From sequence record SRR20825019_389: 55,371 bases of DNA; one strand, written 5' to 3'. Of the stretch, positions 8,519 through 18,140 are shown one piece after another; positions within the stretch are counted from its first letter, which is position 1; each line of letters begins with the position of its first letter. The translations under genes were made by a program, and so were the position numbers. The notes below the pieces were generated by a model that had not been told where the DNA came from, ran no database searches, and saw only the letters and a list, made by a program, of their open reading frames with translations.

Positions 8519-9658
8519 TTATTTTTTTACGGCGCTGCAACCTGCCATGGTTGTAATTTTTATTGCTTCTGTAGGAGGAAGGTTTTCGTTTCTACGAACC
8601 GTTTCTTCCACAACATTTCTCGTTATCTCCTCAAATGCTTCTTCCGTTTGGGTTGCTGTTTGCAATGCGGCAGGTCTACCTACATCGCCTGCTTCACGAA
8701 TGCTTTGCACCAATGGAATTTCTCCTAAAAACGGAACATCTAAATCTTCAGCTAGATGTTTAGCGCCTTCTTTTCCAAAGATATAATATTTATTTTCAGG
8801 AAGCTCGGCTGGAGTAAAGTATGCCATGTTTTCAATAATTCCTAAAACAGGGACATCTATATTTTCTTGTTTAAACATAGCCACACCTTTACGTGCATCT
8901 GCCAAAGCAACATTTTGTGGCGTACTAACCACAACTGCACCCGTAATAGGCAGGGATTGCATAATGCTTAAATGAATATCTCCAGTACCGGGAGGAAGGT
9001 CTAACAACATAAAGTCTAATTCACCCCATGCTGCATCAAATATTAGTTGATTTAATGCTTTTGCAGCCATAGGTCCTCTCCAAATTACAGCTTGATCTGG
9101 TTGTGTAAAAAACCCGATTGAAAGAATTTTTACTCCGTAATTTTCAATAGGTTTCATCTTGCTTTTCCCTTCAACATTTATTGAAAGTGGTTTTTCCATG
9201 GCAACATCAAACATAATTGGGATTGATGGACCATAGATATCTGCATCTAGGATTCCAACTTTGAAACCCATTTTAGAAAGCGTTACAGCCAAGTTTGCTG
9301 TAACGGTAGATTTACCTACACCTCCTTTTCCGGAAGCCACCGCTATGATATTTTGAATTCCAGGTATCGGTTTTCCTTTAATTAAATTTGGGTTTTGTGG
9401 TTTTGCAGGAGCTTCAATTTTAATATTTACTTGCACTTTCGCGCTTGCATTCACTTTTTCATGAATTGTTTTTACAACATCTGCTTCTGCTCTTTTTTTT
9501 ATGTGAAGTGCTGGTGTGGATAATTTTAAATCCACAATAATTTCATCGGCAAAGGTTACTACATTTTGCACTGCACCGCTCTCCACCATATTTTTTCCTT
9601 CACCTGAAACAGTTATAGTTTCAAGGGCTTTAAGGATATCTTGTTTTGAAATGCTCAT
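8519..9658 (-). CDS. Mrp/ApbC (NBP35 family) Fe-S carrier ATPase
   Basis: VASGKGGVGKST, DADIYGPS, DLPPGTGD, ENMA. Confidence 0.93.
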   Translation of the reverse strand: MSISKQDILKALETITVSGEGKNMVESGAVQNVVTFADEIIVDLKLSTPALHIKKRAEADVVKTIHEKVNASAKVQVNIKIEAPAKPQNPNLIKGKPIPGIQNIIAVASGKGGVGKSTVTANLAVTLSKMGFKVGILDADIYGPSIPIMFDVAMEKPLSINVEGKSKMKPIENYGVKILSIGFFTQPDQAVIWRGPMAAKALNQLIFDAAWGELDFMLLDLPPGTGDIHLSIMQSLPITGAVVVSTPQNVALADARKGVAMFKQENIDVPVLGIIENMAYFTPAELPENKYYIFGKEGAKHLAEDLDVPFLGEIPLVQSIREAGDVGRPAALQTATQTEEAFEEITRNVVEETVRRNENLPPTEAIKITTMAGCSAVKK

Positions 9659-9713
9659 TTATTTTCTCCTAATATTTAGATTGATTCTAAAGTGCAAATA
9701 TACTAAAATAAGT

Positions 9714-9740
9714 TGGCAGTAATCAGTGGCAGTGTGCAGT
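9714..9740. repeat. Degenerate heptamer tandem repeat (CAGT core)
   Basis: TGGCAGT AATCAGT GGCAGT GTGCAGT. Confidence 0.55.
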
Positions 9741-9873
9741 AAATTTTATTGAAATTATTTCCTATTGTTTGTGAATTTTTAAAAATTAGGAAATATTAGA
9801 AATTAAAGATTTCGAGGTGCTTTAACCTTACCAGTATTATGAATTCTATAAAGGTTTGGTTGGAATTTTTCCA

Positions 9874-10197
9874 TCAAAGCTCCTTCATAGGATCCCAAAA
9901 AAGCTTTTCAAAATTTTTAATTTTATTATCAATTACTTCAATCCCTTCGCTTTCTAGCAGTTGTTGCATTAAGTTTGTTCCTTGAAAATGGTGTTTTCCG
10001 GTAAGCAATCCGTTTCGATTAACAACTCTGTGCGCAGGAACTTCTTTTTTCTTACTTCCGTTCATAGCCCAACCTACCATTCTTGCACTTTTAGAGGCTC
10101 CTAAGTATTTCGCAATAGAACCATACGATGTAACCCTTCCATAAGGAATGAGCATTGCTACTTGATATACTTTATCAAAAAAACCTTCGTTGGTCAT
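9874..10197 (-). CDS. Alkyltransferase-like (MGMT family) DNA-binding protein
   Basis: IPYGRVTSYG, ARMVG; PAHRV in place of the catalytic PCHRV. Confidence 0.88.
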   Translation of the reverse strand: MTNEGFFDKVYQVAMLIPYGRVTSYGSIAKYLGASKSARMVGWAMNGSKKKEVPAHRVVNRNGLLTGKHHFQGTNLMQQLLESEGIEVIDNKIKNFEKLFWDPMKEL

Positions 10198-10198
10198 T

Positions 10199-10825
10199 TT
10201 AAAATTCCTTTAATATTTTTAAAAATGTAAATAAAGAAATAATAGCGGTGACTAATCCAATAACGTAATTCATATTAAGTTTTAACTTACGCGAATGTTC
10301 TTTAGGCCTAAAAAACTGAACGTACAAAGCCAAACTTGCGTATGTTCCTAATCCAGCAGCTAAAACAGCCATATATATTTCAGGTGAAGAAAACGAAAAA
10401 ATACCAAAAGCTGAAAAGGTTATTCCCAGGTACATCCAATAAGGTAGTGGCAATAGATTAAGCAAAGCGATAAAAATTCCTAAAAAAAATCGATTGGTTT
10501 TTGAAGGTGCTTCTCGATCGTGCAACTCCCGTCTCGTGTCCTTTGCAATAAAGAAAAAGTAAATGGTAAGGCTAATAAAAATGCCTAAGGCTACTTTCTG
10601 AAGAATATTAACAATTTCGGGGTGTTTTCCTATATAGCCCGCAAAAAGCAACGCAATAAAGGTTTGAATCATCACGGTTATGCATACACCAACAGAAAAA
10701 AGCATTCCATTTTTGCGCCCATCTTTCATGCTTATTTTGGCTGCATACATATTAATTAACCCTGGAGGAAGAACTCCAATGAACGAACCAAAAAAGCCTA
10801 TAAGTAAATTGTAAATTATTGCCAT
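10199..10825 (-). CDS. LysE-family translocator
   Basis: N-terminal PPGLIN motif, about six hydrophobic segments. Confidence 0.75.
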   Translation of the reverse strand: MAIIYNLLIGFFGSFIGVLPPGLINMYAAKISMKDGRKNGMLFSVGVCITVMIQTFIALLFAGYIGKHPEIVNILQKVALGIFISLTIYFFFIAKDTRRELHDREAPSKTNRFFLGIFIALLNLLPLPYWMYLGITFSAFGIFSFSSPEIYMAVLAAGLGTYASLALYVQFFRPKEHSRKLKLNMNYVIGLVTAIISLFTFLKILKEF

Positions 10826-10863
10826 TCAGGGCTAATATTTATGTGAATATACCAATTTTATCC

Positions 10864-11538
10864 CTAACGAAACTTAAACCGTATATAGGTTATCTTTTTT
10901 CCTTGTTCCAAATATTGGTTTTCATAAAATGTCTGGATATTGGTTACAGCGTCTGGCGCACCATAACTTCCATAAACATCGTGATGTGCATATTCAATAA
11001 TTTCACCCAACCCATGAAGGAGTCCAAGTGTATACCCATGCATAAATTCGCTATCCGTTTTTAGGTGCATTACGCCATCTGGTTTAAGCACTTTTTTGTA
11101 TTTTTGAAGGAATTCTTCATTGGTTAAACGGTGTTTTGTTCGCTTGTATTTAATTTGAGGATCGGGGAAAGTAATCCAGATTTCATCAACTTCGTTTTCT
11201 TCAAAAATATCTGCTACAAGCTCAATCTGAGTTCGCAAAAAACCTACATTAGTTAGCTTTTCTTCCAAAGCAATTTTTGCTCCACGCCAAAAACGGGCAC
11301 CTTTTATATCTATTCCCAAAAAATTTACATCAGGATATGCTTTTGCAAGGTTCACTGAATATTCCCCTTTACCACAACCTAATTCTAAAACCAAAGGGTT
11401 TTCATTTTTGAAGAAATTTTTTCGCCAATTTCCTTTTAGCTTAAGCGAATTGTTCATCACTTCTTCACGTGTAGGTTGCACAACATTGGCGAATGTTTCA
11501 TTCTCCCTAAAACGTCTCAATTTATTTTTACTACCCAA
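10864..11538 (-). CDS. trmB: tRNA (guanine46-N7)-methyltransferase
   Basis: LELGCGKG, FPDP, HLKTD; TTG start. Confidence 0.93.
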   Translation of the reverse strand: MGSKNKLRRFRENETFANVVQPTREEVMNNSLKLKGNWRKNFFKNENPLVLELGCGKGEYSVNLAKAYPDVNFLGIDIKGARFWRGAKIALEEKLTNVGFLRTQIELVADIFEENEVDEIWITFPDPQIKYKRTKHRLTNEEFLQKYKKVLKPDGVMHLKTDSEFMHGYTLGLLHGLGEIIEYAHHDVYGSYGAPDAVTNIQTFYENQYLEQGKKITYIRFKFR

Positions 11539-11604
11539 AACTTTAATTTTTTGGTAAAATTAAGGAAATATACCACCGCAGCAATTATAGCTACCTTTGT
11601 TTTT

Positions 11605-12672
11605 ATGTCTGAGAAGAAAACGATACTTGTTGCGCCTTTACATTGGGGCTTGGGGCATGCTACACGATGCATTCCTATCGTCAAAGCACTGTTAGCGCAT
11701 AACTTTAATGTTTTGTTGGCATCAGATGGTGGTGCACTTTTACTACTTCAAAAAGAATTTCCAGAATTGGAATCTATTGAATTACCTTCTTATAATATTA
11801 CATACCCTAAAAAAGGAAGTCATTTTAAGTGGAAAATCTTATTGAAACTACCTCGAATTAAAAAAACGATGGATGCTGAAAAGGATGTTGTAAAAAAACT
11901 TGTAAAGACGGGAAAGATTCACGGGATTATCAGCGATAATAGGTTTGGTGTAAGAAATAAAGCGGTTCCATCTGTTTTTATCACCCATCAATTAAATGTT
12001 TTAACAGGCAGCACAACAGTTGCAACTAGCAAAATGCATCAAAAAATCATTAAAAAATTTGATGTTTGTTGGGTGCCAGATGTTGAAGATAAAACGCTAA
12101 ACTTAAGCGGAAAACTTGGCCATATTAAAGGAGAACCTTTTCCTATAAAATACATAGGTGTGTTAAGCAGAATGAAGAAAAAAGACCTTCCTAAAACAAT
12201 TGATATTCTCGTTTTACTTTCTGGGCCTGAACCACAACGTTCCATTTTAGAAGAAAAACTCAAAGAATCATTAAAAAACAATAAAAAGGAAGTTTTAATT
12301 ATTCAAGGAATTGTTGAAAAGGAACAAAAATGGCAGCAATTTAAAAATATTAAAATTGTAAATTTTATGCAGAGTGCAGAGCTGGAAACAACCATAAATA
12401 AAAGTGAAATTGTGGTTTCTCGTTCAGGTTATACTACCGTTATGGATTTGACAGTACTTGAAAAAAAGGCTTTTTTTATACCAACCCCTGGGCAGTATGA
12501 ACAGGAATATTTAGCAAAACGACTTAAAAAACTATCGATTGTACCTTCGTGCAAGCAAGAAAAATTTACTGAAAAGAAGCTAAATAAAATCGCTGATTAT
12601 AACGGATTGAAGACATTATCGATGCAACAACTAGATTTTTCAGCCTTATTCGCCCTTTTCCAAGGTAAATGA
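11605..12672 (+). CDS. GT-B glycosyltransferase (GT28/MurG-like C-terminal domain)
   Basis: WGLGHATR, SRSGYTT, PTPGQYEQ; start moved to ATG 11605 because the longer ORF overlaps trmB. Confidence 0.85.
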   Translation: MSEKKTILVAPLHWGLGHATRCIPIVKALLAHNFNVLLASDGGALLLLQKEFPELESIELPSYNITYPKKGSHFKWKILLKLPRIKKTMDAEKDVVKKLVKTGKIHGIISDNRFGVRNKAVPSVFITHQLNVLTGSTTVATSKMHQKIIKKFDVCWVPDVEDKTLNLSGKLGHIKGEPFPIKYIGVLSRMKKKDLPKTIDILVLLSGPEPQRSILEEKLKESLKNNKKEVLIIQGIVEKEQKWQQFKNIKIVNFMQSAELETTINKSEIVVSRSGYTTVMDLTVLEKKAFFIPTPGQYEQEYLAKRLKKLSIVPSCKQEKFTEKKLNKIADYNGLKTLSMQQLDFSALFALFQGK

Positions 12673-13683
12673 AAATTCTGAACCAATTCCGAATTGGCTT
12701 TCAACATATATTTTTTCATTGTGGGCTTCCACTATATGTTTAACAATAGAAAGCCCTAAGCCACTACCACCTTCCTTGCGAGAGCCACTTTTATCTACTC
12801 GGTAAAAACGCTCAAAAATACGCGGCATATTTTCCTTTGAAATCCCTTCACCGTTATCGGTAACACGGACAAGAAATTTATTTTTCACAATGCTTTCTAT
12901 ACTAACTTCAGTAGTACCGTCTTGTTTTCCATATTTCAAGGAATTAACAATCAGGTTTGTAAGCACTTGTTCAATACGCTCACGATCTGCTTTTACAATA
13001 ATACTTTCGTTGTATTTTTTATCGAAAACCAACGAAATATTTTTCTTTGCAGCTTTCATTTCAAGAAGGTCAAACACATTTTGAACCAGTTCCAAAATAT
13101 TAAAACTTTCAGTATTTAGTACAAGACCACCAACCTCCAGCCTTGTTATCATATCTAAATCTTTAATAATATAGATTAGGCGTTCTACTCCTTTATTTGC
13201 ACGCTGTAAGTATTTTTTTCTCACGCGCTTATCTTTCATTGCGCCGTCTAGCAATGTTAAAATATACCCTTGAACAGTAAAAAGCGGGGTTTTTAATTCG
13301 TGAGAAATATTTCCCATAAACTCTTTTCGATAATTTTCACGAACATTTAGGGTTTCAATCTCAAGTTTTTTATCATTTACATAACGTTCTACTTCGCGTG
13401 TAAGCACGTCCATATCTGTGGTTACAGATAATTTTGGAAAATCTTGCTCGTTTAACACCCGAACGTCTTGATAAATTTTTTGGATTCGAAAATAGATAAA
13501 CTTTTCAACGCGATACTGAAGTATAAAAAAAGAAAGAATAAAGGAAACTAAGAAAAATAGTAACAACCATCCTGAAATAATTTTCAAAAAAGCATACAGA
13601 AATATGCCTGCTACCACTGTTAAAAACAAAGCAATGAGCAGCGAAGTTGATGCAGCAAAATTGTATTTTGAAGAAAGTTTCAT
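12646..13683 (-). CDS. Sensor histidine kinase, PhoR-like
   Basis: SHELKTPL H-box, FERFYRVDK, GSGLGL; two N-terminal TM helices. Confidence 0.9.
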   Translation of the reverse strand: MKLSSKYNFAASTSLLIALFLTVVAGIFLYAFLKIISGWLLLFFLVSFILSFFILQYRVEKFIYFRIQKIYQDVRVLNEQDFPKLSVTTDMDVLTREVERYVNDKKLEIETLNVRENYRKEFMGNISHELKTPLFTVQGYILTLLDGAMKDKRVRKKYLQRANKGVERLIYIIKDLDMITRLEVGGLVLNTESFNILELVQNVFDLLEMKAAKKNISLVFDKKYNESIIVKADRERIEQVLTNLIVNSLKYGKQDGTTEVSIESIVKNKFLVRVTDNGEGISKENMPRIFERFYRVDKSGSRKEGGSGLGLSIVKHIVEAHNEKIYVESQFGIGSEFSFTLEKGE

Positions 13684-13688
13684 TTCCG

Positions 13689-14369
13689 CTAAACTACAAA
13701 CTTATAGCCAACTCCTTTAACTGTTTTAAATTTATCGTCACCAATTTTCTCACGAAGCTTTCTTATATGAACATCTATGGTGCGTCCGCCAACAATTACT
13801 TCGTTACCCCAAATACTGTCTAGAATATCTTCTCTTTTAAAGACTTTCCCTGGTTTTGAAGCTAAAAGCGCTAGTAATTCAAACTCTTTTCGTGGCAATA
13901 CCATTTCTTCTTTACCAAGTAAGATTTTATACTCTTCTCGATTAATGGTCAAGTTACCTAGCTTAATTTTCTCGTCCTCTTCTTCTTCTTTAAACCTACG
14001 CAATAATGCTTTTACCTTACTTACTAAAACCTTTGGTTTAATAGGTTTTGTAATATAATCATCTGCTCCAGCTTCAAAACCAGCCATTTGCGAATAATCT
14101 TCTCCGCGTGCAGTTAAAAAGGTAATTACTGTTTCCGAAAGTTCTGGGATGTTTCTTATTTTTTCACAAGCCTCAATGCCATCCATTTTTGGCATCATTA
14201 CATCCATGATAATAAGGTGGGGTTTTATTTTTTTTGCTTGCGCAATAGCTTCAACTCCATTCTCAGCAGTCTCTACATTATAGCCTTCAGAATTAAGGTT
14301 ATATCTTATTATTTCAAGAATATCTGGCTCATCATCTACCAATAATATTGTTATTTCCTTTTTTCTCAT
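13689..14369 (-). CDS. OmpR/PhoB-family response regulator
   Basis: Receiver VDDE/DVMMP/KP, winged helix RTIDVHIRKLREK. Confidence 0.92.
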   Translation of the reverse strand: MRKKEITILLVDDEPDILEIIRYNLNSEGYNVETAENGVEAIAQAKKIKPHLIIMDVMMPKMDGIEACEKIRNIPELSETVITFLTARGEDYSQMAGFEAGADDYITKPIKPKVLVSKVKALLRRFKEEEEDEKIKLGNLTINREEYKILLGKEEMVLPRKEFELLALLASKPGKVFKREDILDSIWGNEVIVGGRTIDVHIRKLREKIGDDKFKTVKGVGYKFVV

Positions 14370-14500
14370 TTGTAAGTTTTTATATTAAATGTAATATTCT
14401 TACAATTTATATTCCACTGAATACTACTATATTAATAGTTTTTATTAGAAAGAAATTTTACATTTTTTGATGTGCCAAAGATACTCTTAATTAATCTTAG

Positions 14501-14550
14501 TAATGTTTAGCTCATTTATTTTTAATGTTTTGATAACGATTTAGTAATAT
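14501..14550. promoter_or_regulatory. Array of 11-bp-periodic direct repeats (PHO-box-like)
   Basis: TAATGTTTAGC, TCATTTATTTT, TAATGTTTTGA, TAACGATTTAG, TAATAT starting at 14501, 14512, 14523, 14534, 14545. Confidence 0.5.
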
Positions 14551-14672
14551 CAACTCACGATTATCGGCATTAATTTCAGGCTTAAATTACAACTTTTAAA
14601 ATACTTTATATTTAATTTTTTTTCTAAATAATTAACGCCTAAATTTAATAAGAAACTTAAAAACAGGCAGTT

Positions 14673-15494
14673 ATGAAAAAACTTATTTTAATTACAAGTG
14701 TACTATTCTATGCCATTTCTTTTTCACAAATACGTATCAATGAAGTGGACGTAGATCAAACAGGAACAGACACCACAGAGTTTATCGAAATTAGTTCCGA
14801 GACTCCAAATTTTCCATTAGATGGGTACATCGTTGTACTCTATAATGGAACTGACGACGAAAGCTACAAAACCGTAAATTTAACCGGTTACACAACAGAC
14901 CAGAATGGGTTTTTCATTATTGGAAGCAACAATACACCAAACGCCGATATTACTTTGGGAAATAGCAACACAATACAAAACGGCCCAGATGCTATTGCCA
15001 TTTACCAAGATATTCCTGCTAATTTTCCAAATGGAACTCCTGTTACAAGCACTAATTTGATTGATGCAATTGTGTACGGAACAGATGACGATGATGATCT
15101 TGAACTTTTAGCTGGCTTGCTTCAAACTATTCAATATGATGAAGATTTAAATGGAAATAAAGATACGGAGTCTATTCAAAATGATGGAGTAAGTAGTTTT
15201 TGCGTTGATCTTCCTACCTTGCGAAGCCCTAACTCCTGCATTTTAGGAATTTCTGAAATACATTTAGAGCCAATTAAAATTTTTCCAAATCCTGTAACTA
15301 AAGGTTTTGTAAATATTGTTTCAAATGTAAGTGGAACCAAATACATTTCTATCTATGATATTCTTGGGAAGCAAATCTTGAGTGTTCAAATGAATGGTGA
15401 AAAATTAGATATTTCAGTTTTAAGAAGCGGTATCTATATTCTCAAAATCGAACAGGGAAAAACTTCAACTTCCAAAAAATTAATCGTCAAATAA
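14673..15494 (+). CDS. T9SS type A sorting domain protein with lamin-tail-like N-terminal domain
   Basis: Signal peptide; IRINEVD...EFIEI; C-terminal IFPNP...IYDILGKQI...SGIYILKI...KKLIVK. Confidence 0.85.
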   Translation: MKKLILITSVLFYAISFSQIRINEVDVDQTGTDTTEFIEISSETPNFPLDGYIVVLYNGTDDESYKTVNLTGYTTDQNGFFIIGSNNTPNADITLGNSNTIQNGPDAIAIYQDIPANFPNGTPVTSTNLIDAIVYGTDDDDDLELLAGLLQTIQYDEDLNGNKDTESIQNDGVSSFCVDLPTLRSPNSCILGISEIHLEPIKIFPNPVTKGFVNIVSNVSGTKYISIYDILGKQILSVQMNGEKLDISVLRSGIYILKIEQGKTSTSKKLIVK

Positions 15495-15515
15495 TTTAAT
15501 GCTAAAGTTAATTTT

Positions 15516-15545
15516 AAAGCTTCTGTTTCTGCAGGAGCTTTTTTT
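15516..15545 (+). terminator. Intrinsic terminator
   Basis: AAAGCTTCTG / CAGGAGCTTT stem plus T tract. Confidence 0.7.
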
Positions 15546-15585
15546 ATTTAACTATTTTTGAAGTCCAAATAGTATTCTCAAAACT

Positions 15586-16560
15586 ATGCTCGAAAAGGAA
15601 ATCTTTACCATCAATTCTCCTGAAGATTTTGATCGTCTTGCTATAAAGGTATTTCACTTTCAATATGAAAATGTGTCTGTATATAGAAACTTCTGTGATT
15701 ATTTGAAAACAGATATTTCTAAAGTAAAAAACATTGAAGACATCCCTTTTCTACCAATTCAATTTTTTAAAAATCAGAAAATAATTGCTGAAAATTTAAC
15801 CGAAAAAATAATTTTCACAAGCAGTGGAACTACGGGTAGTATAACCAGCAGCCATTTTGTGGCAAGTACAAAAGTTTATGAGAAAAGTTTTTATAAAGCT
15901 TTTAAAAATCAATATGGCAACCCAGAAAATTATACAATTTTAGCACTTTTACCTTCCTATTTGGAGCGTGAAGGCTCTTCTTTAATTTATATGGTTGAAC
16001 ATTTAATTGAAAAAAGCAACAATCCAAATAGTGGTTTTTATTTATATGAAACTGAAAAATTGATTGAAAAATTGATTTTTTTAGAGAAAAACAATCAAAA
16101 AACAATCTTAATTGGTGTTTCCTATGCGCTTTTAGATTTAATTGAAAAAAGAAAATTTCAGCTTAAAAATACTTTAGTAATGGAAACTGGCGGAATGAAA
16201 GGTCGCCGAAAAGAAATGATAAAACAGGAATTACACCAAATTCTAAAAAATGGATTCGGAGTTTCTAAAATTCATAGTGAATACGGAATGACGGAACTAT
16301 TATCACAAGCTTATTCTGTTGGTGATGGAATTTTTTCATGCCCGCCATGGATGAAAATTTTGACGCGCGACCCTGAAGACGCACTAACATTTAATTTTGG
16401 AAAAACGGGCGGCATAAATGTTGTTGACCTTGCTAACCTATATTCCTGTGCTTTTATAGCAACTCAAGATTTAGGAAAAACATATGAAAACGAAACTTTC
16501 GAGATTATGGGACGTTTCGATTCCAGCGATATTCGTGGCTGTAATTTGATGGTTTTATAG
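15586..16560 (+). CDS. LuxE/PaaK-like acyl-protein synthetase family protein
   Basis: IPFLPIQFFK, FTSSGTTG, ETGGMKG, SEYGMTEL, RGC near C-terminus. Confidence 0.85.
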   Translation: MLEKEIFTINSPEDFDRLAIKVFHFQYENVSVYRNFCDYLKTDISKVKNIEDIPFLPIQFFKNQKIIAENLTEKIIFTSSGTTGSITSSHFVASTKVYEKSFYKAFKNQYGNPENYTILALLPSYLEREGSSLIYMVEHLIEKSNNPNSGFYLYETEKLIEKLIFLEKNNQKTILIGVSYALLDLIEKRKFQLKNTLVMETGGMKGRRKEMIKQELHQILKNGFGVSKIHSEYGMTELLSQAYSVGDGIFSCPPWMKILTRDPEDALTFNFGKTGGINVVDLANLYSCAFIATQDLGKTYENETFEIMGRFDSSDIRGCNLMVL

Positions 16561-16672
16561 GGAAATATTTAACACAATTACAACAAAAACACACGTAAGC
16601 TTATTGATACTACAACGTCTGAATTAATATGGAAAAGTGATTTTTCATAATTTAGTTGGTTAGTTAATTAAG

Positions 16673-16707
16673 AAATCCCCGTGCAAAAACTTGCCGGGGA
16701 TTTTTTT
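16673..16707. terminator. Intrinsic terminator between convergent genes
   Basis: AAATCCCCG...CGGGGATTTTTTT. Confidence 0.8.
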
Positions 16708-16728
16708 ATTAAAACTATTTTAAAAAAA

Positions 16729-18027
16729 TTATGCTACTTTAATAATAAAATAATTCTTCTTTCCGCGTTGCAATAATACAAACTGACCACTAATTAAATC
16801 ATTTTCAGTTAGTGTAAAATCATCAGCAACCTTTTCTTTATTTACTGAAATTGAATTTTCTTTCAATGCTCTTCGTGCTTCGCCGTTAGATTTTAAAAAC
16901 CCCGTTTCTTCTGCAAGTGCGCCAATAATAGCTATCCCATTTTTTAAATCTTCTTTGGAAACAGTTGCCTGAGGCACACCATCAAAAACTTCAAGAAAAG
17001 TTTTTTCATTTAATTTTTTTAAGTCTTCTGAAGTAGAGTTTCCAAACAAAATTTCTGAAGCTTTTACAGCGTTTTCATACTCTTCAGCACTATGAACGGT
17101 CGTTGTTACTTCCTGCGCCAAACGCTTCTGAAGCAAACGCATATGTGGGGCTTCTTTATGCTCAGAGACTATATTTTCAATAGTTTCTTTATCTAAAAAA
17201 GTAAAAATCTTAATATACTTTTCAGCATCATCATCACTGGTATTCAACCAATATTGGTAAAATTTATAGGGAGAAGTTCTATTCGCATCAAGCCAAATAT
17301 TACCGCCTTCGCTTTTCCCAAATTTACTCCCATCACTTTTTGTAATCAGCGGGCAGGTGAGCGCATAGCCTTTTCCGCCACCAATTCTTCTAATAAGCTC
17401 AGTTCCAGTGGTAATATTTCCCCATTGGTCGCTACCGCCCATTTGCAATGTGCAGTCTAAGTTTTTATATAAATGAAGAAAATCATACCCTTGAATCATT
17501 TGGTAAGTAAACTCTGTAAACGAAAGTCCTTCCGCACTTTCACCACTCAATCTGGTTTTTACAGAATCTTTCGCCATCATATAATTTACAGTGATGTGTT
17601 TTCCTACATTCCTAATGAAATCAAGAAAAGAAAACTCCTTCATCCAGTCGTAATTATTAACCAAAACAGCTTGATTCTCTGCCCCCGAAGTAAAATCTAG
17701 AAACTGAGAGAGTTGATTTTTCACACATTCTTGGTTATGACGCAACGTGTCTTCATTTAATAAATTTCGTTCCGCACTTTTCCCTGATGGATCGCCAATC
17801 ATTCCAGTAGCACCCCCAACCAAAGCAACAGGTTTATGTCCGCAGCGTTGATAAAAAGACAAAAGCATAATAGGAACCAAGTTGCCAATGTGCAAAGAGT
17901 CTGCAGTTGGGTCAAAACCAACATATGCAGATCGCATTGTTTCCATAAGATGGGTTTCTGTTTCGGGCATCACATCGTGTACCATCCCGCGCCATTGTAG
18001 TTCTTCAACGAAATTTTTCAGCTTCAT
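16729..18027 (-). CDS. tyrS: Tyrosine--tRNA ligase
   Basis: [27 protein letters not shown]; start taken at MKLKNF. Confidence 0.97.
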   Translation of the reverse strand: MKLKNFVEELQWRGMVHDVMPETETHLMETMRSAYVGFDPTADSLHIGNLVPIMLLSFYQRCGHKPVALVGGATGMIGDPSGKSAERNLLNEDTLRHNQECVKNQLSQFLDFTSGAENQAVLVNNYDWMKEFSFLDFIRNVGKHITVNYMMAKDSVKTRLSGESAEGLSFTEFTYQMIQGYDFLHLYKNLDCTLQMGGSDQWGNITTGTELIRRIGGGKGYALTCPLITKSDGSKFGKSEGGNIWLDANRTSPYKFYQYWLNTSDDDAEKYIKIFTFLDKETIENIVSEHKEAPHMRLLQKRLAQEVTTTVHSAEEYENAVKASEILFGNSTSEDLKKLNEKTFLEVFDGVPQATVSKEDLKNGIAIIGALAEETGFLKSNGEARRALKENSISVNKEKVADDFTLTENDLISGQFVLLQRGKKNYFIIKVA

Positions 18028-18140
18028 TTTATAAATTTTGTGCAAAGATAGGGTTCTCACTCAAAGATTCAAGACTCTAAGCTCAAAAGTGGAAAGAAAA
18101 TCAGCTATAATATTGATTTCATTTTGAGTATTTTCGCTAT

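Noticed and set aside
9803-9874. 23-aa minus-strand ORF (MEKFQPNLYRIHNTGKVKAPRNL) coupled by TGATG to the MGMT-like gene
   Set aside because: Too short and featureless to support; could be a remnant or chance
12646-12672. 27-bp convergent overlap of glycosyltransferase and kinase
   Set aside because: Short convergent 3' overlaps recur in this window and are ordinary
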